Of a stretch of 64,000 bases of DNA, positions 48,017-56,631 are shown one piece after another. The notes under the pieces were generated by a model, which did not search any database, was not told where the DNA came from, and saw only the letters and a list, made by a program, of their open reading frames with translations. Position numbers and translations under genes: made by a program. Within the stretch, counting starts at the first letter, position 1. Each line of letters begins with the position of its first letter. The stretch is from Gammaproteobacteria bacterium (GTDB taxonomy: Bacteria; Pseudomonadota; Gammaproteobacteria; UBA4575): NCBI GenBank assembly GCA_965227695.1, contig OZ245760.1, positions 594,236-658,235 of the forward strand, read 5' to 3'.

Positions 48017-51000
48017 GTGGGCATTATAAAATTTTCCATAAGTAATTCCCTGATTGTTAATTTACTATTGGTGGTCATTGTCGTTGCCGGGATTCTTTCA
48101 TGGCGTAGCATGCCGCAGGAGATGTTTCCGATTGTAAATCTCGATCTGGTACGCATAGTCACTGAATATGAAGGGGCCCCTCCTGAAGAAGTTGAGAAGC
48201 AAATTACTGTGATCATCGAGGAGGAAATTGAGACACTGCCGGATGTTGATGTAATTACCTCGGAAAGCTCAGAAGGACTTTCCAAAATAGAAGTCAAGTT
48301 AAAAACCGATGTCGATGTCGATGACTTTTTGCGCGAAGTGCGTTCTGTCATTGATGCCATAGATGATCTGCCCGAGTTGGCTGAAACACCTGAGATCAGC
48401 CGATTAAAAACACGTTTCCCGGTAATCAGTGTTGCACTTTATGGAAGTACGGACCTGGGGGTTTTATATGACACTGCAGAAGATGTAAGAAGAGAATTAT
48501 TAAGCCTTGACGGCGTAGCAAGTGTTGGTATAGCGGGCAACCAGGAATGGGAGTTATGGGTTATTGTTAACCCTCATCAAATGGCTGCGCGTAACGTGAC
48601 GCTTTCAGAGGTGCAAAATGCCCTGAGTAAAAATCTACAGGACTTGCCCGGTGGTTCATTGCAGGCCGCGGAAGGAGATATTCTGTTGAGGGGAATGGGG
48701 GTCGCACCAAATGCAGCAGAAGTCGGGAAACTGGTACTAAGAGGAACAGCCGGGGCAGGGCAGTTAACTCTTTCGGAAGTTGCACAAGTTGACTTGCGTT
48801 TAGAGGAAGCTAAAACAATTGGTCGATTTAACAGTGAGCCCTCAGTAAACCTGACTGTCACGAAAACAGCCCGCGCGTCGACAATTGATGTTGCCGAGTC
48901 TGTTAAAGAGTTTACGGCCAGTCTGCAACAGCGACTGCCTGTCAGTATTAAGGTTGGCCTGTTTAGTGATTTGTCAGTGTATGTAAAAAATCGTCTTGAA
49001 ACAGTGATATCTTCAGGTGTAGTCGGTCTGGTCCTGGTGCTTATCTCCCTGTATGTGTTTTTAAATTTTCGAGTTGCCTTTATTACTGCGCTGGGAATAC
49101 CTGTTTCTTTTTTGGTGGCCATTATTCTCATACATTATCTTGGTTACACCATTAACATGATCTCACTATTTGCATTTTTGATTGCACTTGGGATGATTGT
49201 CGATGATGCCATTATTGTGACTGAGAATGTTTACAGGCATATTGAGGATGGGGTCGAACGCGGCAAAGCTGCCCTGATGGGTGCCAAAGAGGTTTTTTGG
49301 CCGGTTGTGGCATCTACATGTACAACGGTCGCCGCTTTTATTCCCATGTTTGGTGTGAGTGGAACATTGGGAAAATTCATAGAAGTGATACCCGTAGTGG
49401 TTAGTGCAGCATTGATAGGTTCGCTTATTGAAGCTTTTTTAATCTTGCCTTCGCACTCTGCGGAATTCTTAAAAATAGATAAAACAAGACGCAAAGAAAG
49501 TGTGTTCTGGCAGCGTTCACTGGCTAAATATACTTCTATTCTCGGTTGGGCGCTGAGAAACCGTTACATTGTATCGGCGCTTACCATCGCAATCCTCGCG
49601 GTTATCCTTGCATATGCAAATACTCGCCTGCCCTATAATCAGTTTGGGAATGTGGAGATAGGCCAGTTTTTGATTAATATAGAAGCGCCTAATACCTATA
49701 GCGTTGAAGATTCGACCGAATTGGCGAAACAAATAGAAGAAAAAATTAATAAGGTAGTCAAGCAGGAAGAATTAAAGAGCATGCTGACAAATGTTGGTGT
49801 TATTTTAATTGATTTTAATCGGTTAAAAATGGGCAGCCACTATATTCAGTTTATTATTGATCTGCAAAAACCGGCGCCGAAAACCATAATCGAGAAATAT
49901 ATTTCACCAGTGGTGAATCTCAAGTTTGAAACGGATGGCACACGGACAAGAAGCACAGAAGAAATTATTGATGCCATTCGTAGCGAAATTCATGTCATAG
50001 CAGGGATACAGAGATTCTCAATCCTGCGACCTCAGGGTGGACCTTCAGGTGCGGATATAGAAGTAGGCGTTATGGGAGAGAATATTGAACAGCTTATCGA
50101 GCATTCCAGAAAAATCAGCGGGTTTCTGGAAAGGCTGCCGGGTGTCAGGGACGTGCGTCAGGACCTGGAACCCGGGAAGCTGGAGTATCAGTACACATTA
50201 AATGAACGTGGCAGAAGCCTGGGGTTAACACAGGCTGAGTTGGCAAATGCGGTGAGAACAGGATTTGTCGGACTGGAGGTGACTCAGGTTAACTGGAAGG
50301 ATGACCGCTACCCTGTGCGCGTGATTTATCCGGATACATTAAGAAAAAGTGGCAGTAGCCTGGAAAGCCTGCCAATCACACTGTCAGGGGGCAGGACTGT
50401 TTACCTTGGTGAGGTGGCAGATATATCACTGGGGCGAGGATTAGGCACCATACTTCGCAGGGACGCACAGCGACTTGCCATTGTTACTGCAGAGGTTGAT
50501 CTGGAAACAACAACACCGCTAAAAGTGAATGAACTTGTAGAGATTGAGTTTGCAGACCTCATGAGCAAAAGGTCGGGTTATCAGTTATTATTTTTAGGGG
50601 AAAAGAAAGAGGCCAATGATTCATTTAATGACATGTTTAATGTCTTGATTATGTCGTTGGCCGTCATATTTTTTATACTGGCTGCACTGTTCAAGTCGGT
50701 GCTTGATCCTTTTGTTATCATGCTGGCAATTCCTTTTGCGATTGTTGGTGTAGTCATTGGGCATATCATATTCGATTACAATCTGCAGTTTCTTTCCATG
50801 ATAGGTTTTTTGGCCCTCACCGGTATTGTGGTTAATGATTCCTTGATCCTGGTCGATTTTGCAAAAAAACGGCGCGCCCAGGGACTGGATTGTTATGACG
50901 CGGTAATTGATGCCGGTAGAGTCCGGATTCGCCCAATTCTGCTGACAACCATTACAACTTTTTTGGGGATTTCGCCTTTGATATTTTTTGCCAGCGGCCA

Positions 51001-51163
51001 AACGGCTTTCCTTTCCCCGATGGCAGTAAGCCTGGGGTTCGGCCTGGTGTTTGCCACGGCATTAATTTTAATTGTAGTTCCATGTTTTTATATGGTCCTG
51101 GATGATATGCGCCAGGCGACTTATGCAGGCATCAGAAAGCTGAAGCAACAAGATGGTGATTAA
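48017..51163 (+). CDS. efflux RND transporter permease subunit (AcrB/AcrD/AcrF superfamily)
   Basis: 1048 aa with 12 TM segments and two large periplasmic loops. The N-terminus MGIIKFSISNSLIVNLLLVVIVVAG is typical. No outer-membrane factor gene is adjacent. Confidence 0.9.
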   Translation: MGIIKFSISNSLIVNLLLVVIVVAGILSWRSMPQEMFPIVNLDLVRIVTEYEGAPPEEVEKQITVIIEEEIETLPDVDVITSESSEGLSKIEVKLKTDVDVDDFLREVRSVIDAIDDLPELAETPEISRLKTRFPVISVALYGSTDLGVLYDTAEDVRRELLSLDGVASVGIAGNQEWELWVIVNPHQMAARNVTLSEVQNALSKNLQDLPGGSLQAAEGDILLRGMGVAPNAAEVGKLVLRGTAGAGQLTLSEVAQVDLRLEEAKTIGRFNSEPSVNLTVTKTARASTIDVAESVKEFTASLQQRLPVSIKVGLFSDLSVYVKNRLETVISSGVVGLVLVLISLYVFLNFRVAFITALGIPVSFLVAIILIHYLGYTINMISLFAFLIALGMIVDDAIIVTENVYRHIEDGVERGKAALMGAKEVFWPVVASTCTTVAAFIPMFGVSGTLGKFIEVIPVVVSAALIGSLIEAFLILPSHSAEFLKIDKTRRKESVFWQRSLAKYTSILGWALRNRYIVSALTIAILAVILAYANTRLPYNQFGNVEIGQFLINIEAPNTYSVEDSTELAKQIEEKINKVVKQEELKSMLTNVGVILIDFNRLKMGSHYIQFIIDLQKPAPKTIIEKYISPVVNLKFETDGTRTRSTEEIIDAIRSEIHVIAGIQRFSILRPQGGPSGADIEVGVMGENIEQLIEHSRKISGFLERLPGVRDVRQDLEPGKLEYQYTLNERGRSLGLTQAELANAVRTGFVGLEVTQVNWKDDRYPVRVIYPDTLRKSGSSLESLPITLSGGRTVYLGEVADISLGRGLGTILRRDAQRLAIVTAEVDLETTTPLKVNELVEIEFADLMSKRSGYQLLFLGEKKEANDSFNDMFNVLIMSLAVIFFILAALFKSVLDPFVIMLAIPFAIVGVVIGHIIFDYNLQFLSMIGFLALTGIVVNDSLILVDFAKKRRAQGLDCYDAVIDAGRVRIRPILLTTITTFLGISPLIFFASGQTAFLSPMAVSLGFGLVFATALILIVVPCFYMVLDDMRQATYAGIRKLKQQDGD

Positions 51164-51229
51164 ATCGGGTTCTTTAATTTCCTGGCCAAACTGCTACTAT
51201 TGCCCGGCAAAGAATTATTAGGTGCAACA

Positions 51230-52072
51230 ATGAAACTTACCTCGAATGAACTTTACGCACTTCCCAATAAAGCGATTACATTGCTGGGAATGTCTGGTGT
51301 TGGTAAAACCACACTGGCAAATAAACTGGATAGGTCAAAGTGGTTTCATTACTCTGGTGATTATCGTATCGGCACAAAATATCTTGAGGAGCCAATACTT
51401 GACAATATCAAGGAGAAAGCGATGAAAATTGACTTTCTTGCCGATCTTCTGCGTACTGATTCAATATATATCTGCAGTAATATTACAGTCAATAATCTTG
51501 ATCCTGTCTCTACATTCCTGGGTAAAGTAGGCAACGAAGAACTGGGAGGATTGGAGTTGAGTGAGTTTAAACGTCGCCAGTTTCTGCATCGCCAGGCTGA
51601 AATATTTGCTATGCTTGATGTGCCTGAGTTTATCGGTAAAGCAAAAAATATCTATGGTTATCCCAATTTCCTCAATGATGCAGGTGGCAGCTTGTGTGAG
51701 TTGGATGACCCCGAGGTATTTGAAGTACTGTCCAAGCACACTATTATTTTATATATACGTGCGGATAGTGAACATGAACAGACCTTGTGTGAAAGAGCGC
51801 TAAAACACCCCAAGCCGCTTTATTTTCAGGAGGAGTTTCTTGATAAACATCTGGCGATGTTCCTGGAAGAAAAAAACATCAGTTCTGTGAACGAGATTGT
51901 GCCGGATGAATTTAGCGGCTGGGTATTTCCCAAATTATTAGAGCATCGTAAACCAATGTATGAACTAATCGCAGAAAGATATGGGTACACTGTCAGCTTG
52001 CAGGATGTCCAGCAAGTACGTGATGAAAACGACTTTATTGAGTTGGTCGGTGAAGCGATAGATCGCAGTTAA
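51230..52072 (+). CDS. P-loop NTPase with shikimate-kinase/NMP-kinase-like motifs and an approximately 100-aa insertion; function unknown
   Basis: Has Walker A LLGMSGVGKTT, a GGS box (NDAGGSL), and a KHPKPLYF segment that resembles the shikimate kinase RPLL region. It is about 280 aa, whereas canonical shikimate kinase is about 170 aa. Start is the ATG at 51230 (good SD), or alternatively the TTG at 51200. Confidence 0.5.
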   Translation: MKLTSNELYALPNKAITLLGMSGVGKTTLANKLDRSKWFHYSGDYRIGTKYLEEPILDNIKEKAMKIDFLADLLRTDSIYICSNITVNNLDPVSTFLGKVGNEELGGLELSEFKRRQFLHRQAEIFAMLDVPEFIGKAKNIYGYPNFLNDAGGSLCELDDPEVFEVLSKHTIILYIRADSEHEQTLCERALKHPKPLYFQEEFLDKHLAMFLEEKNISSVNEIVPDEFSGWVFPKLLEHRKPMYELIAERYGYTVSLQDVQQVRDENDFIELVGEAIDRS

Positions 52073-52090
52073 GGATATTTATTTTCTGTT

Positions 52091-53089
52091 TTGCCTCTAA
52101 TCCAGCATAATAAGTTACCAAGTATTGAACGCGTCGGTATGGAAGGCGTCAGCGTACGCTCGTGCGATCAGGTCAATACACAATTACCAAGTATTAATGT
52201 TGGTTTTCTAAACATGATGCCAGATGCCGCCTTGGCAGCAACGGAAAGACAGTTTTTAAGACTGATAGGCGCTAATACTGATGTAAACTGCTATTTTTAT
52301 CCATTTACTATTGAAGGCGTGGCGCGGTCCGACCAGGCGCAAACTTATGTGGATGAATTCTATTTCGATTACGATTTACTTAAAACGCAAAAAATCGATG
52401 CACTGATCATCACCGGTGCGAATGTGAAGCAGCCCCTGCTGCAAAATGAATTATTCTGGCCGGAGTTAACACAGGTGCTAGCCTGGGCAAAGCGTCATGT
52501 CCGTTCTACATTATGTTCGTGTCTGGCAACTCATGCTGCAATCAAAGTATTTTATGGCGTTGATCGTCAACATCTGGGTGAAAAATGCTGGGGAGTATTT
52601 GAACACCAGGTTCTAATCAAAGAGCACAAACTGGTCAACCAGGTTTCCCAGAAATTGCAAATGTGTCACTCGCGCTTCAATGACATACCTGAACGAGAAT
52701 TTATCAATCATAATATTGAAATATTGATCGAAAGTGATCAGGTCGGGGTGCAGCTGGCGGCTGAGAAAGATATGAGTGTAGTTTATTTTCAGGGGCACCC
52801 GGAATATGATGATATAAGTCTGCTCAAAGAATATAAGAGAGAGGTTGCCCGCTTTCTTGCCGGTGAAATCAGTCAATATCCTGTGGTTCCGCTTAATTAT
52901 TTTGATGCCCGGGCAATGGAAGATGTCAACCGATTTCGATCAAGGGCAGAGCATGCTGATAATGGTGTGTCGCTGCTTGACATTTTCCCTGAGGACGACC
53001 TGAAACTGCGCGTGACTAATTTATGGAATCAGGCCGCCCGACAAATATTTACAAACTGGGTCAACATTGTTGTGAATGAAAGTTTCTGA
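52091..53089 (+). CDS. homoserine O-acyltransferase family protein (MetA/HTS-like)
   Basis: 332 aa from a TTG start. The N-terminus MPLIQHNKLPSIERVGMEGVSV...NVGFLNMMP aligns with E. coli MetA ([22 protein letters not shown]...LILNLMP). Carries Cys-His-Glu triad contexts (STLCSCLA, QGHPEYD) and FTNW near the C-terminus. Confidence 0.7.
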   Translation: MPLIQHNKLPSIERVGMEGVSVRSCDQVNTQLPSINVGFLNMMPDAALAATERQFLRLIGANTDVNCYFYPFTIEGVARSDQAQTYVDEFYFDYDLLKTQKIDALIITGANVKQPLLQNELFWPELTQVLAWAKRHVRSTLCSCLATHAAIKVFYGVDRQHLGEKCWGVFEHQVLIKEHKLVNQVSQKLQMCHSRFNDIPEREFINHNIEILIESDQVGVQLAAEKDMSVVYFQGHPEYDDISLLKEYKREVARFLAGEISQYPVVPLNYFDARAMEDVNRFRSRAEHADNGVSLLDIFPEDDLKLRVTNLWNQAARQIFTNWVNIVVNESF

Positions 53090-53729
53090 TCCTGCCTTTT
53101 GTTGCCAGCAACAACAAAGCCGAGGCGAACAACCACACAGCTCCGGGCAATGGAACCGGGCTGGCTGTCAATGTGACGGAACCTGCCTCACCGGGCGTAC
53201 CAATATCTCCCAACCCATATACACGGTCCTGAGTTAACTGATAGTCCGCTGGGGTTGGAATGGTTGTCTGTCTGATGAGTTCAGCGCTTACCCCTGAAAT
53301 TCCAAATGGGTCACCTGCATAATCGAGGCGGGTTAATACCTGACTGTCGTCAGAGATAATAATCTGGTCGCCAGCATTATTCAATGTGAAGTTGCTATAG
53401 ATATAGTCTGCAGTTAATCCGCCATTGAGCGTGCTGTCTCCATTTCTTGCCATCACGAAATAACTTCCTGCATTGATAGTCAGGCTTTCATTACTGCTTA
53501 TCTGGTGAAGATTACTTCCGTCATCACTGATGATGAGTCCATTCATGTCGATGGGCTGCATGGTTGTGTTAAAAATCTCAAACCATTCACCCGCAGTGTC
53601 ACTGGATTGTGCCGGATTAGCCATTACCTCACTGATTATCAGGTGTCCTGGTTGTAAGGTTGCACTGTAACTTTCACTGTGAGCGCCAATGGAAATAAAG
53701 AAAAAAATAATTGGGATAATTTTACGCAT
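53061..53729 (-). CDS. lamin-tail-domain (LTD) protein with PEP-CTERM-like C-terminal sorting signal
   Basis: 222 aa from the ATG at 53729. A signal peptide (MRKIIPIIFFFISIGAHS) is followed by the LTD core LIISEVMANP...GEWFEIFNTT. The C-terminus is VPLPGAVWLFASALLLLATKGRIRN (VPxP plus TM plus basic). The 3' end overlaps the metA-like gene by 29 bp, convergently. Confidence 0.55.
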   Translation of the reverse strand: MRKIIPIIFFFISIGAHSESYSATLQPGHLIISEVMANPAQSSDTAGEWFEIFNTTMQPIDMNGLIISDDGSNLHQISSNESLTINAGSYFVMARNGDSTLNGGLTADYIYSNFTLNNAGDQIIISDDSQVLTRLDYAGDPFGISGVSAELIRQTTIPTPADYQLTQDRVYGLGDIGTPGEAGSVTLTASPVPLPGAVWLFASALLLLATKGRIRNFHSQQC

Positions 53730-53928
53730 GTTATCGTGTCCTGGTGAGTGTGAAGACAAAGCATAATTATCTATTGAGCGTTATCAATGATGGTCGTGCG
53801 TAGTCGCACAATGTGCCGCAATCAACATGATCGCGGTGAAAGAAAACTGGCGCTGTTCAGGCACAGAGATTAAGCTTGGCAATATTTTCTATCTGAGATT
53901 TTGTAGTGTATTTACTGAAGGTGAAAAT

Positions 53929-54372
53929 ATGGTTTTTCTGAGGCCCTGGTGCTTGATATGCGGCTATGCGTGTGTTTGTTTCATCTTCAGTACAGTGCAG
54001 GCACAGGAATTCGATTACTATCCATATATTGCCAAATATGCCAGGTGTGAGGCGATACAGAATGTAATGGCAAATGTAGCCAGTGAATCGGAACAGGAAT
54101 TTTTTCAACACGCACTCCATCATGCGTCGCTGGCGTCAAGAAAAATTGCCCTCGCTTTTGCAAAAGCGGGGAGTTATCCGGCGGGAATGGTTGATGAACT
54201 TTATCAAACTTATCTGGATGAATATCGGCAACAGCTCAGAAGCAATGCTCAGGCTGAAAGTCTGATCGCCGCACTTCGTCCGTATGTGAAAAAATGCCAG
54301 CACCTGCTGGATATGCAGGCAGATCTGATCGTTGACCCCAAAACAAATGCTCTTTATCAGGATGAACCGTGA
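53929..54372 (+). CDS. hypothetical secreted protein
   Basis: 147 aa from the ATG at 53929, preceded by an AAGGTGA SD. The signal peptide is MVFLRPWCLICGYACVCFIFSTVQA-QE, followed by a helical, Ala/Gln-rich mature part. No family recognised. Confidence 0.4.
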   Translation: MVFLRPWCLICGYACVCFIFSTVQAQEFDYYPYIAKYARCEAIQNVMANVASESEQEFFQHALHHASLASRKIALAFAKAGSYPAGMVDELYQTYLDEYRQQLRSNAQAESLIAALRPYVKKCQHLLDMQADLIVDPKTNALYQDEP

Positions 54373-54446
54373 ATAAGGTGATGGTACGCTTTATTCCTGA
54401 TGAAAAGCTGTACCACCACCAATCCGAGAATACTGTCAGGCCAGCG

Positions 54447-56453
54447 TTACAGTAGCGGAGCGATGACCAGGCTGACAATTGCCATGACGTTAATTAAAAT
54501 ATTCATGGAAGGGCCAGATGTATCTTTAAATGGATCACCAACAGTATCGCCGACCACGGCGGCTTTGTGAACATCAGAACCCTTGCCGCCAAGATTTCCT
54601 TTTTCGACATATTTCTTGGCATTATCCCACGCGCCACCAGCATTGGCCATCATTAATGCAAGTAACACGCATCCCAACAGTGCGCCTCCTAGCATTCCGC
54701 CCAGGGTTTGAGGCCCCAGACCAAAGCCGACAACCACCGGTGCGATGACCGCGAGTAACCCGGGCAGCACCATTTTTTTCAATGCCGCGGTCGTTGCAAT
54801 GTCCACGCATCGAACCGTGTCCGGTTTGGCAGTACCCTCCAGTAGTCCCGGTATTTCTTTAAATTGGCGACGGATTTCCTTGATCATGTCAAACGCGGCA
54901 TCGCCGACAGCGGTCATTGTCAGTGAAGCGACCAGGAAGGGGAAAACACCACCTATGAACAGGCCTATCAGGACCATTGGATTGCTTAGGTCAAGATTTA
55001 CTGCACCACTACCATGGCTGCTGATTTCAGTGATAAAAGCGGTGATGATCGCCAGCGCCGCAAGGGCCGCCGCGCCGATCGCAAAACCTTTTCCAATCGC
55101 GGCAGTCGTGTTACCAACTTCGTCTAAACTGTCGGTAATCTTACGCGTGTCTTCGCCCATTTCCGCCATCTCCGCAATTCCGCCGGCATTATCTGCCACC
55201 GGACCATAGGCATCTATGGCCATAGTGATACCCACTGTGGCAAGCATACCGACTGCAGCAATCCCAACGCCGTATAAATCTGCCCAGTGATTGGCAAAAA
55301 AGATAATCGCGGCGATACTCAACACGGGGATCAGTACGGATTGCATGCCTGTTGCAAGGCCAATAATCATGACTGTCGCAGGTCCGGTTTCGCCGCCTTT
55401 TGCAATTTTACGAATAGGATTGCCGCCAGTGTAGTATTCAGTGACCAGGCCGATAATGATGCCACCCACAGCACCACTTAGTACGGCAGCCCATACACCG
55501 GTGGAGATGCCCAGCAAATTGATACAAAAATAAGAAGCGATTATAAAAATGATCGCCGCCGAAAATGTTCCCAGGCGCAAAGCGCTGGCAGGCGCCATGT
55601 TGCTTTGAAGTTTGACAACGATAATTCCGACCAGTGAACAAAGCAGGCCAACGGAGGCCAGTCCAAGGGGTAAAAACATCAGGGCTTGCTGGGGTCCCAG
55701 CGTTGCAAGTACAGTACCCCCAAGAGTGGATGCAATGGCTATGGTGGCGATGATAGAACCGCAATATGACTCGAAGATATCTGAGCCCATGCCGGCAACG
55801 TCCCCGACGTTATCACCCACATTATCTGCAATGACGCCGGGATTGCGGGGATCATCCTCAGGGATGCCCGCTTCGACTTTGCCAACCAGGTCCGCACCAA
55901 CATCCGCACTTTTAGTAAATATACCACCGCCAACACGGGAGAATAACGCGACGGTCGAGGCGCCCATGCCGAAACCGTGAATGATATGAGCCGTGTCCGG
56001 ATCGGAACCATATAGCAGGTAAAGGCTGCCAAGCCCAAGCAGACCCATGGCAGCGACAGTCAAGCCCATAATCGAACCACCAAAAAATGCGACGTCTAGG
56101 GCGCGGTCGAGCCCGTGCTGATTGGCTGCAACTGTGGTTCTTACATTGGCATGGGTGGCAGTATACATCCCAATATAGCCTGCAGCCGCGGAGCTGAAAG
56201 CGCCGACAACAAATGCAATGGCAGTTGGCGCACCAAGGTCGGAAAAGTAAATAGCCAGAGTAACAATTGCGGCGAATATAAACAGGATGGAATATTCCCT
56301 GCGCATAAAAGTCATCGCACCAAGATGGATTTGCTCGGCAATCTCCCTGACTTTGCCTTCACCTGGTGAGTGACGTAAAACAACACGGTAAATAACTAGC
56401 GCCGCAAACAGCCCGAATATTCCCAGGGCGACTGGAATTTGATCTAAAGACAT
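54447..56453 (-). CDS. hppA: membrane-bound proton (or Na+)-translocating pyrophosphatase
   Basis: 668 aa with about 16 TM segments. Carries the conserved acidic motifs [33 protein letters not shown] and [19 protein letters not shown], typical of V-type H+-PPases. Confidence 0.9.
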   Translation of the reverse strand: MSLDQIPVALGIFGLFAALVIYRVVLRHSPGEGKVREIAEQIHLGAMTFMRREYSILFIFAAIVTLAIYFSDLGAPTAIAFVVGAFSSAAAGYIGMYTATHANVRTTVAANQHGLDRALDVAFFGGSIMGLTVAAMGLLGLGSLYLLYGSDPDTAHIIHGFGMGASTVALFSRVGGGIFTKSADVGADLVGKVEAGIPEDDPRNPGVIADNVGDNVGDVAGMGSDIFESYCGSIIATIAIASTLGGTVLATLGPQQALMFLPLGLASVGLLCSLVGIIVVKLQSNMAPASALRLGTFSAAIIFIIASYFCINLLGISTGVWAAVLSGAVGGIIIGLVTEYYTGGNPIRKIAKGGETGPATVMIIGLATGMQSVLIPVLSIAAIIFFANHWADLYGVGIAAVGMLATVGITMAIDAYGPVADNAGGIAEMAEMGEDTRKITDSLDEVGNTTAAIGKGFAIGAAALAALAIITAFITEISSHGSGAVNLDLSNPMVLIGLFIGGVFPFLVASLTMTAVGDAAFDMIKEIRRQFKEIPGLLEGTAKPDTVRCVDIATTAALKKMVLPGLLAVIAPVVVGFGLGPQTLGGMLGGALLGCVLLALMMANAGGAWDNAKKYVEKGNLGGKGSDVHKAAVVGDTVGDPFKDTSGPSMNILINVMAIVSLVIAPLL

Positions 56454-56631
56454 GGTTAGTATTACTCCCGGTAGTGGTTGTTAAATGCTGTAAACTATGA
56501 TGTACACAGAATAGACAACTTATTATTGTTTGATGAATTTTTATACCGTTGCCGGCTCATTATATAATCAATTGTGATTGTACGGCTAACAATCAATCAA
56601 AATTATTACGGATATCCAGGCTTCGCTTTGT

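Noticed and set aside
54530-56369. Several 60-150 aa ORFs on both strands within the hppA locus (for example 54745-55209, 55612-55980, 55739-56038)
   Set aside because: They overlap or lie antisense to the H+-PPase gene. Their Ala/Pro/Ser/Thr-rich translations are characteristic of off-frame artefacts of a GC-skewed membrane-protein gene.
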